DNA of 64,000 nucleotides. Source: Candidatus Sediminicultor quartus. Its GTDB lineage: Bacteria; Atribacterota; Phoenicimicrobiia; Phoenicimicrobiales; Phoenicimicrobiaceae. This document shows positions 26,648-35,875 of this stretch, one piece after another (position 1 is the stretch's first letter; each line of letters opens with the position of its first letter). Location: the NCBI GenBank assembly GCA_011056645.1, contig DSEL01000184.1, forward strand, positions 7,699-71,698. The letters are read 5' to 3'. The notes under the pieces were generated by a model. That model was not told where the DNA came from. It made no database searches and was given only the letters and a program-made list of their open reading frames with translations. The position numbers and the translations under genes were made by a program.

Positions 26648-28453
26648 TTAAGAATCCCCCAGGACGGCAATGGCCGCTCCGCCAATACCTATATGGATAC
26701 TCAAGGCAGGCGATGCTTCGGCGATCATTATTTTTGAAGTATTAAAGATGGCTCGAATTTTATTACTATACCATCCAGCCAATTCCGGTGCTGCTACATG
26801 AGCAATTGCAAAACGGGGATTTTTAACTCTTGTAGCAAACTGAATCGCCAAATCTACGGTCTTAAGAATTACTCTTTTTTGCCCTATCACTTTAGCTGCT
26901 TCGACAATGTTACCGTCAGAATTTAGCGTTAAAATGGGTTTCAGGTTAAGAAGCGTACCCAGAATTCCTTTGGCGATATTCAAGCGCCCGCTACGCATCA
27001 AATATTTTAAGGTAGGTATGCTGATAAAGATTTTAACATTTTCGGTAGCATCTTTTATCCGATCAATGATTTCTTCAAGGTTAAGTCTTTCTTGAATTAA
27101 TTGAGCTGCCTCGGCCACTAATAATCCCAAAGCAACCGAACTTGTTTTGCTATTTACAATGTGAATTCTATTGCTGTAATGCTTATCCTGGCAGCCCATA
27201 CGCGCACCCTGGATCGTTCCGCTTAATTTTTCAGAGATATGTAAAGAAATTATCGATTGATATTTTTGGACAATTTCCTTATAAGCTTCGGCAAAAAAAG
27301 CGGGAGGAGGCTGGGAAGTGGACAGCTTTTCCTGCGAGGTCTCTAAAATATGAATAAAATCTTTTGGTTTAATTTCTACCTGGTCCAAATAACTCTTTTC
27401 CCCAACCTGAATCACGACGGGTACAACTTTAATATTATATTTTTTAATGATCTCCAGCGGTAAATCACAAGTTGAATCGGTAACCAATCCTATACTTTCT
27501 CCGTGAGCATCCGCTTTAATCTTGGTATGTTGTTTACGCATATCATCAACTTTGGTTTTCACGATAGTTCCGCATTCAGACAATTCAGTAAATACATCCT
27601 CGGGGTTATCGGTGTGAATATGGATATGGGCTTTGTGTTCAGAGCCGGCAATAATCAGTGAATCTCCTAGGGAGGAAAGTTTTTGCCTCACTGTTCCCAG
27701 ATCTAAGTTAATTCCTTCCAGCAAGCATTCAGCACAGAACCGGAAATTAATTCCGGAATCAATTTTATCTAAATTAAAACTCCTTATTCTCTCGCCGGTA
27801 GAGCTAAGTACCTCTAATGATCTTACTTTACCGTATTCAATAAAATTAACGATCCCTTCCAAGATATTAACGAAACCCTGAGCTCCGGCATCAACTACCC
27901 CTGCTCTTTTTAATAGCAGCAGTTTATCGGGCGTTTTAGCCAGGGATTCCTTTGCTTTCGATAATGATTTTTTAAAAAGTTCCACAAAATCAGGGGTATA
28001 GGGAGCATTTTTTACCAGATGCTCCGCCCAGTCTTTCATTACCGTAATAATTGTTCCTTCTTGAGGCTGAGAAATGGCTTTCCGGGCTTGTTCCGCAGCC
28101 TTGATAGCTGCTTGAGCAAAGGATTCTGTGCTAAGACGTACTTTATCCTGGGTTGCTTCTGCCAGGCCTTGAAAAAATTGAGCCAAGATTGCTCCAGAGT
28201 TACCACGTGCTCCCATTAAAGCCGAATCGGCAATCACGCTGCTAACCCTGGCAAAAGAAGCATCTTTACATTTTTTTACCTCTTTTACAATATTGCTCAT
28301 GGTTGCTGCCAGATTCGTACCGGTGTCTCCATCAGCTACCGGAAAAACATTAATATCATTCAGATACTGCTCCATCTGATTGATACGTTGGGCGGAAGTG
28401 ATAATAAAACGCTTGAAGCGGATACCATTTATATATTTGATTTGAATTTTCAT
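26648..28453 (-). CDS. DAK2-domain protein with a C-terminal DegV-like domain (YloV/FakA-like fatty-acid kinase component)
   Basis: N-terminal Dak2 motif (VADGDTGTNLAAT...GARGNSGAILAQF). The C-terminal half resembles DegV (LVTDSTCDLPLEIIKKYNIKVVPV...). Confidence 0.65.
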   Translation of the reverse strand: MKIQIKYINGIRFKRFIITSAQRINQMEQYLNDINVFPVADGDTGTNLAATMSNIVKEVKKCKDASFARVSSVIADSALMGARGNSGAILAQFFQGLAEATQDKVRLSTESFAQAAIKAAEQARKAISQPQEGTIITVMKDWAEHLVKNAPYTPDFVELFKKSLSKAKESLAKTPDKLLLLKRAGVVDAGAQGFVNILEGIVNFIEYGKVRSLEVLSSTGERIRSFNLDKIDSGINFRFCAECLLEGINLDLGTVRQKLSSLGDSLIIAGSEHKAHIHIHTDNPEDVFTELSECGTIVKTKVDDMRKQHTKIKADAHGESIGLVTDSTCDLPLEIIKKYNIKVVPVVIQVGEKSYLDQVEIKPKDFIHILETSQEKLSTSQPPPAFFAEAYKEIVQKYQSIISLHISEKLSGTIQGARMGCQDKHYSNRIHIVNSKTSSVALGLLVAEAAQLIQERLNLEEIIDRIKDATENVKIFISIPTLKYLMRSGRLNIAKGILGTLLNLKPILTLNSDGNIVEAAKVIGQKRVILKTVDLAIQFATRVKNPRFAIAHVAAPELAGWYSNKIRAIFNTSKIMIAEASPALSIHIGIGGAAIAVLGDS

Positions 28454-28475
28454 TTAAAGCATCATCACCCCATTC

Positions 28476-28502
28476 TGATACAGGGGACGGTTCTCTGTAT
28501 CA
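28476..28502 (-). repeat. REP-like 27-bp palindrome, copy 3 (reverse-complement orientation: TGATACAGGGGACGGTTCTCTGTATCA)
   Basis: Exact reverse complement of the other three copies. 6 nt beyond the 3' end of the transposase gene. Confidence 0.85.
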
Positions 28503-28507
28503 TTTTA

Positions 28508-29317
28508 TTATTTTATTATTTGAACTGTTACCGGGCTAACTCTCAAAATATTTGCTATCTCTCGAATGGATAAATTAGAATTCAATTTCAAATAACTTAT
28601 CAGTTTGTTTCTATGAAATTGATACTTTCTTTCTTTTAAATTAGATAAACCAAAGTTATATTCTTTAAAATAATTTTGGATATATTGCTTTGCTCCTTTC
28701 TCATTAATCAAACTGTGGCTATATTTCTTGTCTTCTTCTGGTAATTCAATAATATTGCTTTTTTCTAGTCTATTCTGATGATGGTATCGAACAAATAAAT
28801 CAATCGCTTTGTCTTTATCCGGAGAAAATAAAGATAATATATGTTCAAGCTCAATTAAAAAGTTTTTCTGCGGTAATTTTGCAATATACAAACAGTAACT
28901 GCTCCAAGTATATTCTTCTAAATTATTAACCATAAAGGCATTTAATGGATTGTTATGAATATAACTCAGTACTGCCAATAAATAATTCTCATTTTCAATT
29001 GGTTCACTTTTAAAACGATCTTGAAAAAGATGACCAATCTGCTGATATTTCTTATTGAAGTAATTCACGTAGCTCACATTTATTCTTTTCATTGTCTGGG
29101 AAAGCTGTTCATCTTTTTCTTTAATTAACAGATGGACATGATTATTCATTAAACAATAAGCATAAATTATATATTCCCTTTTTTGTTTTACTTTTTTCAG
29201 TACTTTTATGAACTTGAATCTATCCTCATCTTCTAAAAATATATCTTGTTTCCGATTGCCGCGAATCATAACATGATAAATATTTGTTGAACTTAATTTT
29301 CGAGCTTTTCTTGGCAT
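28508..29317 (-). CDS. REP-associated tyrosine transposase (RAYT; IS200-like Y1/HUH transposase) with C-terminal HTH extension
   Basis: HUH motif (NNHVHLLIKE), a catalytic-Tyr region (LSYIHNNP), WSSY after the core domain, then an extra segment of about 110 aa ending in an HTH (LSIREIANILRVSPVTVQIIK). Confidence 0.7.
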   Translation of the reverse strand: MPRKARKLSSTNIYHVMIRGNRKQDIFLEDEDRFKFIKVLKKVKQKREYIIYAYCLMNNHVHLLIKEKDEQLSQTMKRINVSYVNYFNKKYQQIGHLFQDRFKSEPIENENYLLAVLSYIHNNPLNAFMVNNLEEYTWSSYCLYIAKLPQKNFLIELEHILSLFSPDKDKAIDLFVRYHHQNRLEKSNIIELPEEDKKYSHSLINEKGAKQYIQNYFKEYNFGLSNLKERKYQFHRNKLISYLKLNSNLSIREIANILRVSPVTVQIIK

Positions 29318-29396
29318 AATAATCTTCGTGCTACCTTTAATTGATTTTATTATTTAACATTATATCATAATATCATATTAATATATTTTTATCTTT

Positions 29397-29423
29397 TGAT
29401 ACAGAGAACCGTCCCCTGTATCA
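29397..29423 (+). repeat. REP-like 27-bp palindrome, copy 4
   Basis: Exact copy. Its last 3 nt (TCA) are the TGA stop codon of addA on the minus strand. Confidence 0.85.
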
Positions 29424-32400
29424 TTTTCCTACAAAATATATGCTGGTTTGTTTCACGGGCTCTCCGGAGATTTCCTGCCATACCCGGTGGTAAAGAGTGA
29501 TCTGCTTTTGATAGACCTCGACTAATTTAGGGTAATCCTTCTCCTGTTCGGGCCGATCAGTTTTGTAATCGATCACTACCCAGCCATCGGCTTCCTTAAA
29601 GACCAGGTCGATCGTCCCAGACAGGATTATAGGGCAGGAATCATGACCCTCTAATTGGCTAAAAAGAGGATGAGCGGGTCCGATATGGAGTGTAAAGGGG
29701 ACTTCGCTATATTTAAACTCTGCTTTTTTTAGACGCTTAAATAAATCACTCACTTTAAATTTTTTGACCAGCTCTTCTAATTCTGCTTTTCTCCGGGGAG
29801 ATATTCCCTGATTTTCCAGAACTTTTTCTATCTGTAAAGACAATAACTGTTCATCAGGCTCTTTCTTCACTAAATAATCAAAGATTTTATGAACGGCAGT
29901 CCCCCAGGCAGTCCCGCCAACATCAATGGTAGTAATCTTTAGGTGTTTTTCTTCATCCTTAAAATCCGTCGGGGTCTTCTCATCATAACTAATTTTAGAT
30001 AGATCCTTCAGCCATTGCCCGCATTCCTTTTGCATTTTTGCATAATCTTCAAGCAAAGATTCTTTTTCTTTGGCTTTTTCTTTTCCTTTTCCTTCTATTT
30101 CCCCCATTTCCCCCGGAGACAACAATTCCGCTTCCGGGACAGCGATATTCATCTCATCTCTCATATTTTTCAATAAAGGCTGCCAGGGATTATGCTTATT
30201 GCCCTTATGATTTAAACTGCTGATAACCAAAAGATTCTTAGCCCGGGTGGCCGCTACATAGAGCAGTCGGATATCCTCTGCTTCATGGTAAGAGGTCTCA
30301 AGCTGACCATAATCATCCCAATTTTTAGGTTGAGCTAATCTTTTCCCTTTATGGTAAGCATTGGAACGGCATACCAAAAAATGGCCGTACGGTTGCTCTC
30401 CCGTTCTTTCCACATGATAAGTTGGTTCATGGACAGCAGTATTATAAGGAATAGCTAAAAATACTACCGGAGATTCCAGGCCTTTAGCTTTATGTAAATT
30501 CATAATCCGGACAGTATTTTCTTCGGTTAGTATATCCAATTCCTCTTCGATCCCGGCTTCTAACATCTTCTCCAATTGGTCTACCATGGCAGCAAATCCT
30601 ATCATTTCTTCTGTCTCTGCTTTTCTTAATTTCTCCAGAATAAAATAGAGCTCCCCGCATCGGTTTAGGTTATAACCTTCTAAACAGGAGTGAGGAAGTA
30701 AGCCTGAATCAATCATGATCTTTTCCATTGTTGTAACCGGTGGCAGTTCTTGAGACCAGAGATGGAATTGTCTCAGCCGGCCAAAAACTCTCCTAAAATT
30801 CTCTTTTAGTTTTGGACTTAGCTTTTCCGGTATCTTTTCATAAAAATCAAATTCTCCGCCTGATTCTTTAAAATGATATAAGTCATCATCAGAAAATCCA
30901 AAGAATATCCCGCGCAGAACGGCGATGATCAGCACCTGATTTTCTATATCCCTCAGTAAGCGAAATAACTTTAATAATTCTTTTACCTGTGGGGATGCAT
31001 TTAAAGAGGCGTATCCTGAGATCGTAAAGGGTATTCCCTGCTCTGCCAGCGTGCGGGCATAGATATCCATCCCTCCTTTATAGCGTAGAAGGATCATAAA
31101 GTCCTTATAAGTGGCTTGCAGTGAAGTACCTGCTTTTATCTCTTCTTCGGTCCGCCCTAATTGAAATCCCTTATCGACCATAAGACGAATAACCCGGGCA
31201 ATCAATTGGGCATCCTGCCGGATCGTATCATTCTTGTTGGATTCTTTTGAAATAATGAGCTGCCTTACCCCGGAAAGATAATGGTTTGGGTCATCTTCCC
31301 GAATGGTCTGCATCGGTGAATATACCGCCTGAAATTTTTCCTGACCACCGGAAAATAATTCTTCAAATAGAGGGTTGAGATAAGAACCGATAGAATGCAG
31401 CGAGCGAAAATTAGCCTGCAATTTTAAAACCTTTCCTCCGCTTCTTTCAATCAACTCCCTTACCCGATTATAGATGGCAATATCTGCCCGACGAAAGCGA
31501 TAGATAGACTGCTGGGGATCCCCTACCACAAATAAGGAACCGGGATGCGGTATCAATTTAGTCCAGTTCTTTTCCTTAAAATCCGAACCGGTAAGATAGA
31601 AGATTATTTCTGCCTGAATAGGGTCGGTATCTTGAAATTCATCTACCAGCAGGCATTTATATTTTTGCTGAAAATATTGGCGTACTTCAGGATGTTCCCT
31701 TAATAGCTGAGAGGTCTTTAAGAGCAAATCCTGAAAATTAAGCATCGAGATCTTCTGGCGCAATTGGTGATAATATTCCACTGCGGGCAGAAGGAATTTG
31801 ATGGTATCGGCATAACAATATTCCCGCCATTGCTGCAAGGTCGGATTAATCACTTTTTCCTGAAGTTCTAAAACAAGGGAATCTCTATACTCTTTGGCCT
31901 TTTCTTTGGAAGTCCAGCGGTTTAAAGTAATATGGTTCGATTTAGGGCTAAAATCACCTGCAAAATTTTCCAGTAATTTTATCTGATTAAAATCTTCTCT
32001 CATATAATCATAAAACCCCTTCATCCTTTTAACGCTTAAAACGGCTTCTTGTAATTGATCATAACCCATTTTCGGTTCTTCCTCCGGGATATATGGGCTG
32101 GCTTCATCACTAAAAGATATGATCTCTTTGACCGCTTTTTTTATATCCGGTTTTGGTAAAACGGGGAAAGAAGGATTAACTTCCGGATAAGCGCACAGCG
32201 TTTTATAACAATCGGTCAGTTCGGAGGGCTTTATGCCTAATTCTTCCAGATGGAGGAGAGAAGGAGATTCTTCTATCTTAAGATTAAGCAGATACCTTTT
32301 CCAGGCTTCTTCTTTCAATAAAATATCATCAAGGTCATCCAGCTCGGCAAATTCCGGGTCGAGCCCGGCTTCGATCGGCCTTTCCCTTAATAGGCGGGCG

Positions 32401-32741
32401 CAAAAAGAATGAATAGTCCCCAGGTAACAGTGCTCAATATTGGAAAGGGCTTCCCGCAAATAAGCCTTTTCCTTTTGGTTTTCTGTTTCACGAAAACTCT
32501 CTTCAATTTTTTTTTGAAACCTTTCTTTTAATTCGATTGCTGCTTTTCTGGTGAAGGTAATAGCGGCCACTTCATCCACTTTAAATTTTCCCGACTTAAT
32601 TAAAGCAGTCATACGCTGGATCAAGCTGGAAGTCTTCCCCGAGCCGGCACTTGCCTCGACTAAAATATTAGTGTTTAATTCTTGTACAATTTTTTCCCGA
32701 GCTTCCTGATCAATTAATTTTTGGGGGGAATGATCATTCAT
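29421..32741 (-). CDS. addA: ATP-dependent helicase/nuclease subunit A (AddA; UvrD-like helicase with C-terminal PD-(D/E)xK nuclease)
   Basis: Walker A (EASAGSGKTSSL), UvrD-type helicase motifs, and a C-terminal RecB-nuclease motif (GTIDLVFKEADGWVVIDYKTD). Confidence 0.8.
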   Translation of the reverse strand: MNDHSPQKLIDQEAREKIVQELNTNILVEASAGSGKTSSLIQRMTALIKSGKFKVDEVAAITFTRKAAIELKERFQKKIEESFRETENQKEKAYLREALSNIEHCYLGTIHSFCARLLRERPIEAGLDPEFAELDDLDDILLKEEAWKRYLLNLKIEESPSLLHLEELGIKPSELTDCYKTLCAYPEVNPSFPVLPKPDIKKAVKEIISFSDEASPYIPEEEPKMGYDQLQEAVLSVKRMKGFYDYMREDFNQIKLLENFAGDFSPKSNHITLNRWTSKEKAKEYRDSLVLELQEKVINPTLQQWREYCYADTIKFLLPAVEYYHQLRQKISMLNFQDLLLKTSQLLREHPEVRQYFQQKYKCLLVDEFQDTDPIQAEIIFYLTGSDFKEKNWTKLIPHPGSLFVVGDPQQSIYRFRRADIAIYNRVRELIERSGGKVLKLQANFRSLHSIGSYLNPLFEELFSGGQEKFQAVYSPMQTIREDDPNHYLSGVRQLIISKESNKNDTIRQDAQLIARVIRLMVDKGFQLGRTEEEIKAGTSLQATYKDFMILLRYKGGMDIYARTLAEQGIPFTISGYASLNASPQVKELLKLFRLLRDIENQVLIIAVLRGIFFGFSDDDLYHFKESGGEFDFYEKIPEKLSPKLKENFRRVFGRLRQFHLWSQELPPVTTMEKIMIDSGLLPHSCLEGYNLNRCGELYFILEKLRKAETEEMIGFAAMVDQLEKMLEAGIEEELDILTEENTVRIMNLHKAKGLESPVVFLAIPYNTAVHEPTYHVERTGEQPYGHFLVCRSNAYHKGKRLAQPKNWDDYGQLETSYHEAEDIRLLYVAATRAKNLLVISSLNHKGNKHNPWQPLLKNMRDEMNIAVPEAELLSPGEMGEIEGKGKEKAKEKESLLEDYAKMQKECGQWLKDLSKISYDEKTPTDFKDEEKHLKITTIDVGGTAWGTAVHKIFDYLVKKEPDEQLLSLQIEKVLENQGISPRRKAELEELVKKFKVSDLFKRLKKAEFKYSEVPFTLHIGPAHPLFSQLEGHDSCPIILSGTIDLVFKEADGWVVIDYKTDRPEQEKDYPKLVEVYQKQITLYHRVWQEISGEPVKQTSIYFVGK

Positions 32742-35700
32742 ATTCTTCTTGCAGCCTCCTTAAATTATCCAGAGCGGGTTCTTGGCTATATTTTTCTCCT
32801 TTTTTCCCGCCTACTTTCATCACTTGATTTTGTTCCAGGATATCCCGGTAATCGGCACACTTCAGATCATCTGCTTTTTGAGTCATGGCAAAATCTCCTT
32901 GAGCAACACTATCCAGCAACAAATCAATGATCTCCAATACTTGATCTCTTTTTTCTTCATCGTAAAAATATTGCCTTCCCTGGCCAGATAATGTAGGGAA
33001 ATAATAACCTGCTTTTGGGATCTTAGGACAGGCAGATATTCCCGCTTTAACCAAGATCTTTTTTAGGGACAAGGCATAGAGGGCATGTTGAATCTGTCTT
33101 CCGTTTTGAAAATATTTACTTCGACTAAATTCATAAGGGGTACCGGTCTTGTAATCAATGATGCGATAGGTATCCTCGCCTATTTTATCTATTCGGTCAA
33201 TCTTTCCCTGAAAACTGATCGATTTTCCACTGGGCAGAGATAGCTCCACTGCTTTTATCTTGCCTAACTCCCGGTTCTTGCTATCCCGGGTGCCAAAAGC
33301 AAGTTCCAAATAAACTGGTATTTCTCCTTTGTATTTCTTTTCTTCGCAATGGAGAAAGAAGCGGCAGGAATTTAATATTTCTTTGCACTCGTGCTGATAG
33401 ATCAGATTGCTGGGAGGGGCTAACCTCTTCTTGGTTTGTTTCAGCCGGGAAAGAGTAAGGGCTTCTAAAATAGGCCAATGATCGGTATAAGATGGCAAGA
33501 CAAAGGTTCCGGTTGGTGAGCGCTCTTTTAACTTTTTATAAAACTGCTCAAAAATTTGATGGAATACAATACCTTTTTCAGAGGGGTTCAGCCATACCCC
33601 CGGGTCTTCGATCATCTCTTGCGGCGGCGTTATTTTTAAGATAAATTTTAAAAAATACAGATAGGGGCAAAAGGCAATCAATTCTAATCTGGAACTGGAA
33701 ACCACCAGCCCCCGGTTGAGGCGGGGGTCTACCCATTTCGGGTCACTGTTTACTTTTCCGTTGAAGCAATTGAGTTCTTCTTTTCCTCTCTGTCGAGCGG
33801 CATAAAAACCTTCGGATAGAGCGGGATAAAGATCTTCAAAAAGGGAAGTAAGATCTGAAGAATTATATCTGATAGAATATAAGAACCAGTCTGCGGCATC
33901 AAGAATTTCCTGAGGCTTTCCCGAAATAAACCCGGAGGTCTCATGAAAACTTCGATAAAAATCAGAATAATCCTTTTCCTTATCTCCGGATATCAAACGG
34001 TACAGCTGCAGCATTAATCCGGAGGGGGATAATTCCCGATTATCCCGGGTATCGTAACGGGAATAGGAAAGAATAATTTTGCCTTTAAGAGAAGTAAGCA
34101 ATTGAAGCATTTTATATCGGCTTTCTTGATCTTTCCCTTTATCCTGATTCATGCGGCCGGTATTTTTTTTCTCGCTATCTAGCAAGATAGATCCGTCATG
34201 CACTGAAGATGAATCAGGAAATTTAGTCGCATCCATTCCTATAATAAAATTAGTGGGACGATCAAGCCAAATTCCTTTTTTGTAGCTGGCCGTATGCAGA
34301 AAACCCCCTCTTGGTTCCGAGCAATTAATCCTTTCATTCTTGATGAGATCTGCTATCAGAGTAAGGGCTTCATTTAAGGGCATATCGGGAAAAGGAGCTT
34401 CACTTTCTATAAAAACAGTCAACCGTTCTTTTATTTTTGTCAGCGCTTCCTGGTCTAAATTACACGCCTCATCTATCCTGCTGTAATGGGTCACACTACT
34501 TATAAGCCCCCGGGCAATCTGTTTTGCTGAGACAGTATAATCAAAATTTTCTTGAGGTATTTCATGAAAAATGTGGGAAATAAATTCCTTGATCCGAATC
34601 AGGTCTTTTATCTTTTTATCCACCTTCTCTTTCCTGCTTTCGGACACCTGCTTGATCTCTTTTTTTAACTGTTTAATGCTAAAATTCAAGCCCTTAATAT
34701 ATCGATCCCTTTTATGCCCAATAGGGGAATTTCGCAGTAAAGAAGCCGCTTCTTGGGGAGTGGGCATATCCGCATCCAACTGCTGATTTTTAAACTCAAA
34801 ATTACCTCCGGTAAGCAAAAAATATAATTTTGCGATACTATAATTATCTCTTATCCAATCAATCAAAGCAAAAAACAGTTTCGCCGGAGAAGCGTTTTTA
34901 ATGCTGATACCACTGCCCAAAGTGATAGGAAAAGAGTATTGTCTGGACAGCTGATAAAGATATTGGGAATAGGGTTCTTGCACTGTATAAAAGATACTTA
35001 CCTCATCCCAGGGAATATTTTGGGATTTGATCTTTCGGATAATTGTTTTTACTTCATTAAATTCTCCCTGGGATTGGATCAACTCTATTTCCGGTTTTCG
35101 GGGCAGTTGAGGCAGACTTTCCTGATAATTTTCTTCTTCCTTAACCGGCTGGAAAAAATAAAAAGAAGCCGGTTTCTTTAAGTTTTTCGGGGCAGGTAAG
35201 GTAATCACCTTTGCTCCCGGTAATATCATCTTCCGGAAAAAGATTTGCTCCAGATAATTTAATTCGATATTAGAAGGGACGATGAAGATCTCTTTTTTCT
35301 GCTGATCCTTTTTCTGGGATTTAATGGCCAGAAGATAGACATCCGCTTCATCAATATAATTTTGCTCTTTTAATATTTTCTCATACTCCTCTATTATCTT
35401 CCGCAGGTCTTCACTCTTGTGGGAATTAATCATAGCCGAGTGGGGAAAATTTTGAGAAGAGAATCCGGCTGCCTTCAATTCTTTTATTGCCAGATACACC
35501 GAGCGGCTGATTCCGGGCGAAAAGGCAGGCAGTTGAAAATACTTCAGTTCTTTTTTCCGGGATAATTTTTTCAATATCTGAAAAAGAAATATCTGGCCTA
35601 AGGCATGATCTAAAATTTTTAATTTATTTTTCAAGAGTTGATCATTACAGTGATCTCTGGCCAGGTCAAAAAGTGTAGTGATATTAAAGTTCAAGGCAAA

Positions 35701-35826
35701 AAAACCTTCTCGGGATAAGCTTTTTTTAAGGGTATTGCCATCCAGGTAAGAAGGCATAATTAAATTTTTACTACCGGTGAGATTCTCCCGGCAGATCTCC
35801 TTTAGGGGAGCTAAAAATGGATGCAT
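32734..35826 (-). CDS. addB: helicase/nuclease subunit B (AddB-like; inactivated-helicase scaffold with C-terminal RecB-family nuclease)
   Basis: 1030 aa. C-terminal nuclease motif (RIDKIGEDTYRIIDYKTG). Overlaps addA by 8 nt. No recognisable Walker A at the N-terminus. Confidence 0.65.
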   Translation of the reverse strand: MHPFLAPLKEICRENLTGSKNLIMPSYLDGNTLKKSLSREGFFALNFNITTLFDLARDHCNDQLLKNKLKILDHALGQIFLFQILKKLSRKKELKYFQLPAFSPGISRSVYLAIKELKAAGFSSQNFPHSAMINSHKSEDLRKIIEEYEKILKEQNYIDEADVYLLAIKSQKKDQQKKEIFIVPSNIELNYLEQIFFRKMILPGAKVITLPAPKNLKKPASFYFFQPVKEEENYQESLPQLPRKPEIELIQSQGEFNEVKTIIRKIKSQNIPWDEVSIFYTVQEPYSQYLYQLSRQYSFPITLGSGISIKNASPAKLFFALIDWIRDNYSIAKLYFLLTGGNFEFKNQQLDADMPTPQEAASLLRNSPIGHKRDRYIKGLNFSIKQLKKEIKQVSESRKEKVDKKIKDLIRIKEFISHIFHEIPQENFDYTVSAKQIARGLISSVTHYSRIDEACNLDQEALTKIKERLTVFIESEAPFPDMPLNEALTLIADLIKNERINCSEPRGGFLHTASYKKGIWLDRPTNFIIGMDATKFPDSSSVHDGSILLDSEKKNTGRMNQDKGKDQESRYKMLQLLTSLKGKIILSYSRYDTRDNRELSPSGLMLQLYRLISGDKEKDYSDFYRSFHETSGFISGKPQEILDAADWFLYSIRYNSSDLTSLFEDLYPALSEGFYAARQRGKEELNCFNGKVNSDPKWVDPRLNRGLVVSSSRLELIAFCPYLYFLKFILKITPPQEMIEDPGVWLNPSEKGIVFHQIFEQFYKKLKERSPTGTFVLPSYTDHWPILEALTLSRLKQTKKRLAPPSNLIYQHECKEILNSCRFFLHCEEKKYKGEIPVYLELAFGTRDSKNRELGKIKAVELSLPSGKSISFQGKIDRIDKIGEDTYRIIDYKTGTPYEFSRSKYFQNGRQIQHALYALSLKKILVKAGISACPKIPKAGYYFPTLSGQGRQYFYDEEKRDQVLEIIDLLLDSVAQGDFAMTQKADDLKCADYRDILEQNQVMKVGGKKGEKYSQEPALDNLRRLQEEYE

Positions 35827-35875
35827 AAATTTTACTCTCTTCCGGTAATAGGGGATGACCCTTGAGGGATAAACA

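Larger units (their letters stand above)
28476..29423 (-). mobile_element. REPtron-like unit: RAYT-type tyrosine transposase gene bracketed by two inverted REP copies
   Basis: REP(-) at 28476-28502, the Y1 transposase gene at 28508-29317, and REP(+) at 29397-29423. This arrangement is characteristic of REP-associated tyrosine transposases. Confidence 0.65.
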
